Shown one piece after another: positions 8,221-15,520 of a stretch of 32,771 bases of DNA (position 1 is the first letter of the stretch; every line of letters begins with the position of its first letter). The translations under genes and the position numbers were made by a program. This stretch comes from Candidatus Njordarchaeota archaeon. Its GTDB lineage: Archaea > Asgardarchaeota > Njordarchaeia > Njordarchaeales > Njordarchaeaceae. Under the pieces are notes generated by a model. The model searched no databases and was not told where the DNA came from. It saw only the letters and a list, made by a program, of their open reading frames with translations. The stretch lies in NCBI GenBank assembly GCA_029856625.1, contig JAHKLG010000002.1:1-32771 (forward strand), in the 5' to 3' direction.

Positions 8221-8298
8221 TGGTGCCCCGGGCGGGATTTGAACCCGCGTCGCGGGATTGAGAGTCCCGCATGCTTGACCGGGCTACACCACCGGGGC
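8221..8298 (-). tRNA. tRNA-Glu (anticodon CUC), 3' CCA encoded
   Basis: The reverse complement folds as a cloverleaf: acceptor GCCCCGG/CCGGGGC, D arm GTGT..GCAT, anticodon stem CGGGA/TCCCG with loop CTCTCAA (CTC at 34-36), T arm GCGGG-TTCAAAT-CCCGC, discriminator A, then CCA. It is a GC-rich island in an AT-rich context. Confidence 0.9.
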
Positions 8299-8388
8299 GC
8301 TTTATTAAATCCTTTTTCTTAGTAGTCTTGAGAATAGATTTTTAAGTTTTTCTTTATTTCTCCACGTATTATGCTTGAAAAGAAAAAT

Positions 8389-8934
8389 TTATTCTCCATA
8401 GAAAAGGATTTCATTCAATCTCATTACAGCAAGAATTATCTTTTTTCTGTTCTTACTAACGTCTTTTCTATAGCCAGCCAATTCGTTTAAAATGCTTCTT
8501 ATTTCTCGCTGCTTATTTATATCTGCTAATGTCTCTAATGCTCGCCTAATTTTTAGCAATAACCTTTTTACTTCAAATTTTATTAGTTTCTTATTGATTA
8601 CTCGAGAGACATGAAGCATTTCTCCCATTAGCATTTTTCGAGCACGGTCTTCTTGCACCGCTTCTACTATCGCATCCTCCGTATGCACAAAGAGCTCTGA
8701 GTAGTATATGGCTCCTAAAATCTCCTTATCTATATGAGTTTTTGGTCTCACACGTATAATTGCTTTAACATAGTCCTTCTCAAGCGGGAATAACCTTACT
8801 TCAGCCTCAAATAAATCAGTCTCAAATTTTTTGAGAGCAATATCCTCTGATGAAAAGAATAACAGCGATTTTAGATAATTTAAGGATCTTTCTATACGCT
8901 TCATTCTTTCTTCTATTCTCTCTAGCAGGCTCAT
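8389..8934 (-). CDS. Hypothetical helical protein, last gene of the L21e array
   Basis: 181-aa ORF 11 nt downstream of rpl21e on the same strand, with Lys/Glu/Arg-rich helical composition. No family recognised. Confidence 0.55.
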   Translation of the reverse strand: MSLLERIEERMKRIERSLNYLKSLLFFSSEDIALKKFETDLFEAEVRLFPLEKDYVKAIIRVRPKTHIDKEILGAIYYSELFVHTEDAIVEAVQEDRARKMLMGEMLHVSRVINKKLIKFEVKRLLLKIRRALETLADINKQREIRSILNELAGYRKDVSKNRKKIILAVMRLNEILFYGE

Positions 8935-8945
8935 TCCATTTTACC

Positions 8946-9242
8946 TCAAGCGCTCTTGAAAGGTCTGATGTGTTCTGGTCTTGCTATTACTTTTTTCATT
9001 TTTCCGCCATCCCTAATTAATATTACGTAAGCTCGCCCCCTCTTTTCGATAATTGTACCAATCTTTCCGTGAAATCTTGGATGGGGCATTCCCTTATGAA
9101 TACTTGGATCAATTTTTATTACTACTTTATCGCCCACGTTGTATGGATATATTATTCGGCTTAATGGTGGAAGTCCTCTTTCACGAGGAGATTTTCTAAG
9201 AATTTGTCTAGTTCCTGCACGAAATCCCTTTGAGTGCTTCAA
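8946..9242 (-). CDS. rpl21e: 50S ribosomal protein L21e
   Basis: MKHSKGFRAGTRQILRKSPRERGLPPLSRII..GDKVVIKIDPSIHKGMPHPRFHGKIGTI.. is the canonical L21e sequence pattern. 98 aa. Confidence 0.92.
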   Translation of the reverse strand: MKHSKGFRAGTRQILRKSPRERGLPPLSRIIYPYNVGDKVVIKIDPSIHKGMPHPRFHGKIGTIIEKRGRAYVILIRDGGKMKKVIARPEHIRPFKSA

Positions 9243-9865
9243 TGCAATCCCTCCTTGTATCTCGTAATATATCTCATTCCATCCTTGAACAACTTTATAA
9301 CTGTTTTCCTTCTAGACTCATTAACGATAATAGTCTTCAAAATATCAATAATTTGGGCTTTTCGTAGAGGAATAAGCCCTAAGTTCTGCATTATATAAAT
9401 TATTAACGTTACTAAGGCATGAGAAATGCTCATGCTATTTTCTAGAATAATCTTTGAATAATTTATGATAATTAATTCATCTACATGCTTAGCCAATGTC
9501 CTCAAACGCTTTTCAAATTCCTTCTTTTCATAGGCTACGTAACGAAAACTATCTAATACGATTAGATATGCTGTTTTTTCCTTTAGTAATTCGGCTAGGA
9601 TGTCAGTATTTAATATTGATATATCAAAAATTATGGCAAGATCTACCCTATCTCTGACTAATGATATATCAAAAATTTCCTCCCCTACACTAATAATGGT
9701 CACAGTATATACGTTCTCCCTAGTCTTTTGAAGAGGAAGAACTTGAATACGAGTCTGAGAGCTCTTACCTGCATCTTCTAGGTGTATCCTTTTAATAAAG
9801 CTTACGAGAAGAGATATAACTTCCTCAATAGCTCCTAGTAGGAGAATTCTTAATGCCATTTTCAC
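9239..9865 (-). CDS. IorB / 2-oxoacid:ferredoxin oxidoreductase gamma-domain-like protein, degenerate (GGQG motif absent)
   Basis: Length (~200 aa) and block order resemble IorB. LRILLLGAIEEVISLL aligns with xILIxGVGGQGIxLxS. VDLAIIFDISILNTDILAELLKEKTAYLIVLDS aligns with ADxLxAFEPxEAxRxxxYLKxGGxVIVN. There is a helical C-terminal half. The gene overlaps its IorA-like partner by 4 nt. Confidence 0.45.
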   Translation of the reverse strand: MKMALRILLLGAIEEVISLLVSFIKRIHLEDAGKSSQTRIQVLPLQKTRENVYTVTIISVGEEIFDISLVRDRVDLAIIFDISILNTDILAELLKEKTAYLIVLDSFRYVAYEKKEFEKRLRTLAKHVDELIIINYSKIILENSMSISHALVTLIIYIMQNLGLIPLRKAQIIDILKTIIVNESRRKTVIKLFKDGMRYITRYKEGLH

Positions 9866-11499
9866 GTGTCCTCCTTAGATGCGCTTTCCTCTATTATAGC
9901 ATTTATTGGGCAAAAAATCTCACAGAAACCGCAACTCATGCATTCAATGGGATCTATAAGAATAGCCCCCTCAAAGTTCCTTTTAATTGCTGAACAATGA
10001 GTATTGAGCGCGCATTGGCCGCATTTTGTGCATATTTTATAGTTTATCATAATCTTCTTCTTCTCAAACCTTTGTTTCTTAGAAATTATTAAAATTTCTG
10101 GTATTTCTCCTGGAGAATTGCGCAGATTTATCAATTTATCTGGTGTATCAACATAATAGGGGTTCGCGCCTTCCCTCCTTAATATCCTCTCTAATCTTTT
10201 TCTAGATGTATCATCATTACAGACAATAAGAAATCTCGTCTCCAAGCCTTTTCTAATCGTTGAAATTATTTCATAAATTGAGTTAATGTCGTGTTGTAGA
10301 AGGAAATCCTCTATTACTATTAAGTCTCCTTTCTCGAAAGAATTAGCTTTAAATTTTGTTGAGAACCTTATGGTTACTCCAATATTTTTTTCACAAGCTT
10401 TTTTCCATTGCTCGGCATTATTTAAATCATTACTATATATTATTAACCTTTTAATGCCAAACATGCGCATAAAATTGATTGTTGCTGAGATCCATGGCGT
10501 ATTTATAGTAGGTAGACTCTTATGCATCATTGTTACTATCTCTTGAGTCCTCATCACCGCATCTAAAAAGTCGCTCGTAAAATACCTAACCTCCTTATCT
10601 AGAATCTTCTTAAAGGATTTATAGTAATGAATCTTGGGAATAAAATCAATTTTCCCCTCCATATAGATTTTAGAAAGTTCTTTAATGAGGAGATTTGCTG
10701 GAAAATCTGATTTCAAATCAATTAATACTATCTCAATGGGCTCATTATCCATTATTGTTTCAAGTATTTCTGGTATCATTGGATACGAAAAGCCTAATTT
10801 AACTAAGGATGGTCTCTCCTTCCAGCTATAACTAGACCATATGGAGTTAATAACTGAAGATGCATAACCAATAGTGATGACTGTAACTTTTTTATTCTCT
10901 GGAAAATACTCGAAAAACTCTTTTGCATTCACTAAGTTTCGCAAAAAGCGCTTCTTGTCTTTTGCTATAATACTAGTAAGTAATTTGGACCTTCTTTTAG
11001 AGCGCGATCTATGAGGTAGAGGGGGGAAAATTACCTGTTTGAGGATTATGCTTTGGGGAACGTATAGTATTATTGGCATATACTTTTTCTTCAACGCATC
11101 CGATAAAGCTATAATCCCGTCTCTTAAATCCTGGAGATTTTTTGGCTCTATTATAAGAATATCCTTACTCACATTGGTTATTATACTCCGAGAATCTACG
11201 CAATTCTCAGAGAAAGTGTTCGTCATTATTATCCATAAACCATTTCTTATCATGTGTTTAAGGAGGATTGGTGGTGAAGAGAGAAGGTCTTCTTCAAACA
11301 CTAAAACAGCATAATTATTTCTAGTGACTAAATCATGTTCTACAATACTTATTAACTCTCTATAAAATACTGTGTCGATTGTGCTTTCCTTTAATTTAAC
11401 TATGCGAGATTTGATAGAATACGGAATGAATACTCCTTCAACCCCGATACTTTCTAATCCAGCCATTAAATAATCTAATCCAGAATACATTTCAGACAA
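9862..11499 (-). CDS. IorA (indolepyruvate:ferredoxin oxidoreductase alpha)-like protein with a C-terminal 2x[4Fe-4S] ferredoxin domain; TPP-binding motif apparently lost
   Basis: Collinear blocks against IorA as I recall it: GLDYLMAGLESIGVEGVFIPYS ~ GNEAIARGALEAGVxxAxGYPGTPSS; GLWIIMTNTFSENCVDSRS ~ GLVIVSADDPxxHSSQNEQDSR; LIIEPKNLQDLRDGIIALSDALKKKYMPIILY ~ PVLEPSDxQEAxDxxxxAFELSExxxxPVILR; VTVITIGYA..LVKLGFSYPMIPE ~ GIITSGxAY..VLKLGxxYPLP. At the C-terminus, CTKCGQCALNTHC and CMSCGFCEIFCP provide 8 Cys. GDSTFFH..LDN is replaced by IEDFLLQH..CND. Confidence 0.6.
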   Translation of the reverse strand: MSEMYSGLDYLMAGLESIGVEGVFIPYSIKSRIVKLKESTIDTVFYRELISIVEHDLVTRNNYAVLVFEEDLLSSPPILLKHMIRNGLWIIMTNTFSENCVDSRSIITNVSKDILIIEPKNLQDLRDGIIALSDALKKKYMPIILYVPQSIILKQVIFPPLPHRSRSKRRSKLLTSIIAKDKKRFLRNLVNAKEFFEYFPENKKVTVITIGYASSVINSIWSSYSWKERPSLVKLGFSYPMIPEILETIMDNEPIEIVLIDLKSDFPANLLIKELSKIYMEGKIDFIPKIHYYKSFKKILDKEVRYFTSDFLDAVMRTQEIVTMMHKSLPTINTPWISATINFMRMFGIKRLIIYSNDLNNAEQWKKACEKNIGVTIRFSTKFKANSFEKGDLIVIEDFLLQHDINSIYEIISTIRKGLETRFLIVCNDDTSRKRLERILRREGANPYYVDTPDKLINLRNSPGEIPEILIISKKQRFEKKKIMINYKICTKCGQCALNTHCSAIKRNFEGAILIDPIECMSCGFCEIFCPINAIIEESASKEDT

Positions 11500-11501
11500 C
11501 T

Positions 11502-12413
11502 TTAGTTCACCACAGTCAATATTTCTGCCGAATTTTCTTTAACAAGAATAGTATGCTCAAATTGCACAACCCATAATCCTCTTGATTCCAATAATGGAGG
11601 GTATAGATAAACGAGCCCTCTTTTATTGTATTGTATAAAGTTGTTCAAAAGCTTAATGTAATCCTTTTTCCTTTTAGTAATCCATCTTGCAGCAAAGGGT
11701 AAGTGATTAAATTTTTTAAAAAGAAGATTAAGAAAGTTATCCGAGATTTTTCTAATCTCCTCACTTATTGAAAATATATGCGTCTTATTCCATAGGGGTC
11801 TTGTGGAACCATCCTTGGAGGAGGGGACTAAGAAAGGTTCTATAGCTAATACTTGTCCTTTTCTAACTTTAATACTCTTGCCCTTTATCGGTTTGTTGGG
11901 AATAAAAATGCCAGCATGAAGCTTCCAGCGCTCTATTGAATGCCCACCTAAATCTTCTAATACTCCAAATCCTAATTCATGTGATTTCTTCCATATTATT
12001 TCGCTAATATCGCTGACCCTAATGCCATCTTTCACCACTTCGATAGCTTCTTCTAAAACTTCTTTACCAGCTTTTAATAGCCTTGTCATTATTTTCGATA
12101 CGTTGCCTACGCTAATGCTTAATGCTGCATCTGCTATTGCCCCATTAATATGAGCACCTACATCAATTTTTATAATCCCACTACCAGGAATCTTAGTCAA
12201 ATCTCCAGGTAGGCCCGCATAATGAGCAGCAATTTCATTTATGGATATATTAGCTGGAAAGGCGGGTTTTGCGCCTTTTTTAATTATCGATTTCTCTATA
12301 GCCTCACATAACTTAACGATGCTCTCCCCCGGCTTTAGTGATCGCACTTCCTTTAAAACTTCTGCAACTATACGTCCAGCTTCTAACCAATGCTCTATCT
12401 TCCTATCAGTCAT
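11502..12413 (-). CDS. map: Methionine aminopeptidase, type 2 (archaeal/eukaryotic type)
   Basis: FPANISINEIAAHY, IKIDVGAHINGAIADAA, GGHSIERWKLHAG, LAIEPF and QFEHTILV blocks carry the pita-bread metal ligands. ~300 aa. Confidence 0.9.
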   Translation of the reverse strand: MTDRKIEHWLEAGRIVAEVLKEVRSLKPGESIVKLCEAIEKSIIKKGAKPAFPANISINEIAAHYAGLPGDLTKIPGSGIIKIDVGAHINGAIADAALSISVGNVSKIMTRLLKAGKEVLEEAIEVVKDGIRVSDISEIIWKKSHELGFGVLEDLGGHSIERWKLHAGIFIPNKPIKGKSIKVRKGQVLAIEPFLVPSSKDGSTRPLWNKTHIFSISEEIRKISDNFLNLLFKKFNHLPFAARWITKRKKDYIKLLNNFIQYNKRGLVYLYPPLLESRGLWVVQFEHTILVKENSAEILTVVN

Positions 12414-13399
12414 GATGATTCACCAATTCTTCTTAACTCTTGCAAAAAAATGATAAAATAAACTATGATCCAAACCGTTGCGCCTACAAAATAAATCAAA
12501 GCTTGGTAAGCTACGTATATCTGGTAGTTTACAAATCCAGAGAGGTAACGAAAAGATTCGATAGAGAATATCGTCGTATACATAATGACTGATAAAGCGG
12601 TAATTTTCCCTCCAAGACCTACCCTATTAATTCCCTTAAACCATCTAATTATGTTTGAAATTGCCAATATGCCTAAGCATGGAATATATAACCATGGGAA
12701 GAGTTGAGGAAGATAAAGGTATGCCAAAGCGAACATTACAAAGAAGATTATTTCCATCAAATATATTTTCCTTCTCGGTATCACTACCGTTGGATCATAT
12801 TGCTTAGCTCCTTCATATATTAGCAATGTAAAATCCCCAATACTACCCGCAGCCACAACTAATGAGGATACTATGTAGGATATTTCTATCGAATCCTGAA
12901 AGAGCATAGTAAAATGTCTTAAAGACCACTTTGTGATCGTTAAGTAAAAGAGGATCACTATTTTTGCTAAGGAAACGAAGGATAAGAGAGCTAGAAGGAT
13001 GAAGATAATCATGCCCTTTCTTCGCTTCTTAGCAATTAAGTAAGGGAGTATTATTACGAAAAAAACGAATGAAAATAGCGGTGTGACCACGGGAATTAAA
13101 AATAGGAATAATACTGTTACTACAAGAATGGAGAAGAAAGTCACCTTGGAAATCGGAAGCTTGCTTAACTCCTTAAGGAGAATATCAATCGTTTTAATAT
13201 GGATTTCATAATAGTATAAAAGGAAAAAAATCCACGGAGCAAGCAAAACTGTAACCAATAATAACATCCATAAAATTGAAATTCTAAACTCGATCCACGC
13301 ACTCATTAATACACGAGATAACCATAAAAAGTACAAGACTATAAGGATTACAACCATGTAATACGCTATCTGAGAGTATCTAGAACTGCTCTCTTCCAT
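12410..13399 (-). CDS. Polytopic integral membrane protein (about 8-9 predicted TM helices), unknown function
   Basis: The 329-aa ORF is almost entirely hydrophobic segments separated by short basic loops. Its stop overlaps the MetAP start by 4 nt (ATGA). Confidence 0.7.
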   Translation of the reverse strand: MEESSSRYSQIAYYMVVILIVLYFLWLSRVLMSAWIEFRISILWMLLLVTVLLAPWIFFLLYYYEIHIKTIDILLKELSKLPISKVTFFSILVVTVLFLFLIPVVTPLFSFVFFVIILPYLIAKKRRKGMIIFILLALLSFVSLAKIVILFYLTITKWSLRHFTMLFQDSIEISYIVSSLVVAAGSIGDFTLLIYEGAKQYDPTVVIPRRKIYLMEIIFFVMFALAYLYLPQLFPWLYIPCLGILAISNIIRWFKGINRVGLGGKITALSVIMYTTIFSIESFRYLSGFVNYQIYVAYQALIYFVGATVWIIVYFIIFLQELRRIGESS

Positions 13400-13417
13400 T
13401 TAAAACGCCGATAAAAC

Positions 13418-13427
13418 TTATATTATA
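13418..13427 (+). promoter_or_regulatory. Candidate TATA box for tRNA-Leu
   Basis: TTATATTATA is centred ~35 nt upstream of the mature tRNA 5' end. This is consistent with a TSS ~25 nt downstream of the TATA and a short leader. Confidence 0.35.
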
Positions 13428-13456
13428 GAAGCATACTCTGGAAAGATATGGAGCAT

Positions 13457-13539
13457 GCGGGGGTTCCCGAGTGGTCAAAGGGGCCTGGTTCAGGACCAGG
13501 TGGCGCAGGCCTTCGCGGGTTCGAATCCCGCCCCCCGCA
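13457..13539 (+). tRNA. tRNA-Leu (anticodon CAG), class II with long variable arm, no encoded CCA
   Basis: Acceptor GCGGGGG/CCCCCGC. Anticodon stem CCTGG/CCAGG with loop TTCAGGA (CAG, G37). Variable arm TGGCGCAGGCCTTC. T arm GCGGG-TTCGAAT-CCCGC. Discriminator A followed by CTA. Confidence 0.9.
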
Positions 13540-13574
13540 CTATACACAATCTTCCATAGTTGCTAAACCTTAGC

Positions 13575-13640
13575 TGTCATGATGAGCGGGCTACACTTTG
13601 AGGATTACCGATGAGATATTGAGAGTATGCTGATAACTAT
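13575..13640 (+). ncRNA. Candidate C/D box sRNA (2'-O-methylation guide)
   Basis: C box ATGATGA (13579-13585), 12-nt spacer GCGGGCTACACT, D' TTGA (13598-13601), C'-like GATGAGA (13610-13616), 13-nt spacer, D box CTGA (13630-13633). It is intergenic, between tRNA-Leu and the mvk stop. The first spacer is complementary to the D-arm of the tRNA-Glu at 8221-8298. Confidence 0.45.
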
Positions 13641-13653
13641 ATCAACAATACCT

Positions 13654-14634
13654 TTATTCTACATAAACACCGCGATTCTGAGGTTTCGCTATGAGACATA
13701 AATAATCTCTCTGAATCCTTTCTTTTGCACTAATAGCCTTGCTCCAGTCTTTAAAAAGCGCTATCACACAGCCTCCAATGCCCGCTCCCGTAAGCTTAGC
13801 ACCTATAGCCCCCGCTTTCCTTAAAGCAAATACTACTTTCTCAATTTCCTCAGAACTCACTCCTATCGCTGATAGTAATCCTTGGTTAATATTCATTAGA
13901 TTACCAAGCATTTCCAAATCCATATTACGATTCTTAAACATATTCCACACCCTTTCACTAATTTCACCAATAATATCGAAGATTCCATCAATAAAGCTTG
14001 GTAGCTTTTTTCTTAGTTCTGCTACGTATTCCACTGCTTCTTTAGTTTTTCTCTCCACTCCTGTATACACTAGAAGAAGAGGCAGCTCGTTCTCAACATT
14101 TAGTCGCTCTATCCTTGGCCCCTCTTCACTCCTAGTGAATTTGATTACCCCACCATACGTCGCGATATAATTATCGATTCCGCTTGGACGGCCATGAGAT
14201 ACTTTCTCCGCTTCATAAGCAATCTCATTAATAAGATTAGCCGACAATGATATCCCTAAATATTTTAATACAGCAGCAGTGAATGCGACCGCTGTGGATG
14301 CTGATGTTCCTAATCCTGAGGCCGCTGGCGCTTGAGTAGAAATGTGAATTTCAATGCCCTTTAACGCATTTACCTTCTTAGGAAATTTCTTAGCTATAAC
14401 GTCAATTATCCTCTTAAATGGTTTAAAAATCGGTGGTGGTTCTTCATTAAAAACGTTCCATTCGATGTTATAGTTCTCTGATAATATCTTCATGCTCCTT
14501 TCCGGTGATTCTTTTAGAGTTACTCTTGTTCCCAGATTTAACGCCATTGCGATCGCTGGATAGCCATACACTACAGCATGTTCTCCAAAAAGAATTATTT
14601 TTGAGGGAGAAAACGCCCTAATAATCCGTCTCAT
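13654..14634 (-). CDS. mvk: Mevalonate kinase (GHMP kinase family)
   Basis: N-terminal SPSKIILFGEHAVVYGYPAIA (MVK motif I). GHMP motif II PAASGLGTSAS. C-terminal KLTGAGIGGC. 326 aa. Confidence 0.88.
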   Translation of the reverse strand: MRRIIRAFSPSKIILFGEHAVVYGYPAIAMALNLGTRVTLKESPERSMKILSENYNIEWNVFNEEPPPIFKPFKRIIDVIAKKFPKKVNALKGIEIHISTQAPAASGLGTSASTAVAFTAAVLKYLGISLSANLINEIAYEAEKVSHGRPSGIDNYIATYGGVIKFTRSEEGPRIERLNVENELPLLLVYTGVERKTKEAVEYVAELRKKLPSFIDGIFDIIGEISERVWNMFKNRNMDLEMLGNLMNINQGLLSAIGVSSEEIEKVVFALRKAGAIGAKLTGAGIGGCVIALFKDWSKAISAKERIQRDYLCLIAKPQNRGVYVE

Positions 14635-14655
14635 AATATCCGTCTCTCCTTAAAT

Positions 14656-15198
14656 TTATTTAAGTAAAGCCAGAGCTATTCTTTCGAGTAGTATTTTTTC
14701 GATCCATTCATTAACATTATCATAAGATCTTTTAATAGCTCGAACTTCTTCTCTAGTAACCCTATATTGCTCAATAATTCTTTTTATGCATGGTTTACAT
14801 TGATTAATATACTTATCCACCTCTATTGCATCAGAAAATCTCTTAAGGTAAGTTCTCACATCATCGAGATTCCAACTCGCGTCCTTTGACGCGAAGACTA
14901 CTATGACGTACTTCTCACTCTCCTTTATTTCGAAAAATTTTATTGCCTCTCTTATCTGGTCGGTACCCGCTAACCTTAATAGTAATTCAAGATTTGGTTT
15001 TTTTGCTCTATTCTCGCCCATCTTAAAATCTTTTAACACTATGTTAACTGCATGAAAGATTATTTTCAAATCGATAATTAGCCAGCACGGCAACAGGGCT
15101 AAGAATATGTTTCTAGATTCTAGATAGTTTATGATTTCTTCCATTTTACTTCGTTTTCTTACAATGCAAAACAGGAAACCAAGGAGATCGAAATCCAC
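14656..15198 (-). CDS. cgi121: KEOPS complex subunit Cgi121
   Basis: LELLLRLAGTDQIREAIKFFEIKESEKYVIVVF and the C-terminal EKILLERIALALLK resemble M. jannaschii Cgi121 (..MEILVRASGQRQIHEAIKIIG.., ..ERVLEKIALIEL) as I recall it. The longest ORF starts at GTG 15198. ATG 15144 (MEEIINYLES..) is a likelier start. Confidence 0.6.
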   Translation of the reverse strand: MDFDLLGFLFCIVRKRSKMEEIINYLESRNIFLALLPCWLIIDLKIIFHAVNIVLKDFKMGENRAKKPNLELLLRLAGTDQIREAIKFFEIKESEKYVIVVFASKDASWNLDDVRTYLKRFSDAIEVDKYINQCKPCIKRIIEQYRVTREEVRAIKRSYDNVNEWIEKILLERIALALLK

Positions 15199-15314
15199 CT
15201 TTATTCCCCAGTTAATACTCTCGTATTACCCAGAACATATTTGGAAAAAACTCTTTCTTATAAGCGTAATGTACTCTAGAACTTTTCAGAATTTATTATC
15301 TAAAGGTTATTTTT

Positions 15315-15503
15315 ATGCGAATGAAACTTGTAACTGTACACCTTCCTGAGAAATTTTTAGAAGCATTAGATGCACTAGTAGCTGAGGGTCGTTATCCTAA
15401 TCGCAGTGAGATAATAAGAATAGCCATTAGAGAATTCTTGCGAGAAGAGTTTTGGGGAACAAGAAAAATCAGGAAAAATAATAGAGCTGAAGAAATTCTG
15501 TAA
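15315..15503 (+). CDS. Ribbon-helix-helix (CopG/NikR-N-like) DNA-binding protein
   Basis: [39 protein letters not shown] is a textbook RHH beta-strand/helix/helix pattern. 60-62 aa. Alternative ATG at 15321. Confidence 0.75.
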   Translation: MRMKLVTVHLPEKFLEALDALVAEGRYPNRSEIIRIAIREFLREEFWGTRKIRKNNRAEEIL

Positions 15504-15520
15504 CTCTTTATTACTATTTT

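Noticed and set aside
8368-8381. A 14-mer ATTATGCTTGAAAA occurs at 8368-8381 and 18395-18408, both intergenic.
   Set aside because: A rough expectation for a repeated 14-mer in 33 kb of AT-biased sequence is about one or more by chance. The flanks are not similar and the genomic contexts differ.
8132-8388. I looked for signs that the tRNA-Glu (and the tRNA-Leu at 13457-13539) flank an integrated element.
   Set aside because: There is no integrase or recombinase gene, no duplicated tRNA 3' segment (such GC-rich fragments would stand out in this AT-rich DNA) and no compositional break in the neighbouring genes.
13430-13631. A 10-bp inverted repeat AGCATACTCT (13430-13439) / AGAGTATGCT (13622-13631) flanks tRNA-Leu plus the candidate C/D sRNA. 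It suggests a precursor-closing stem.
   Set aside because: The left arm lies at or upstream of the likely TSS, because the TATA at 13418-13427 predicts initiation near 13448-13450. It is therefore probably not in the transcript. Several 10-bp inverted repeats within 200 nt are expected by chance in 33 kb.
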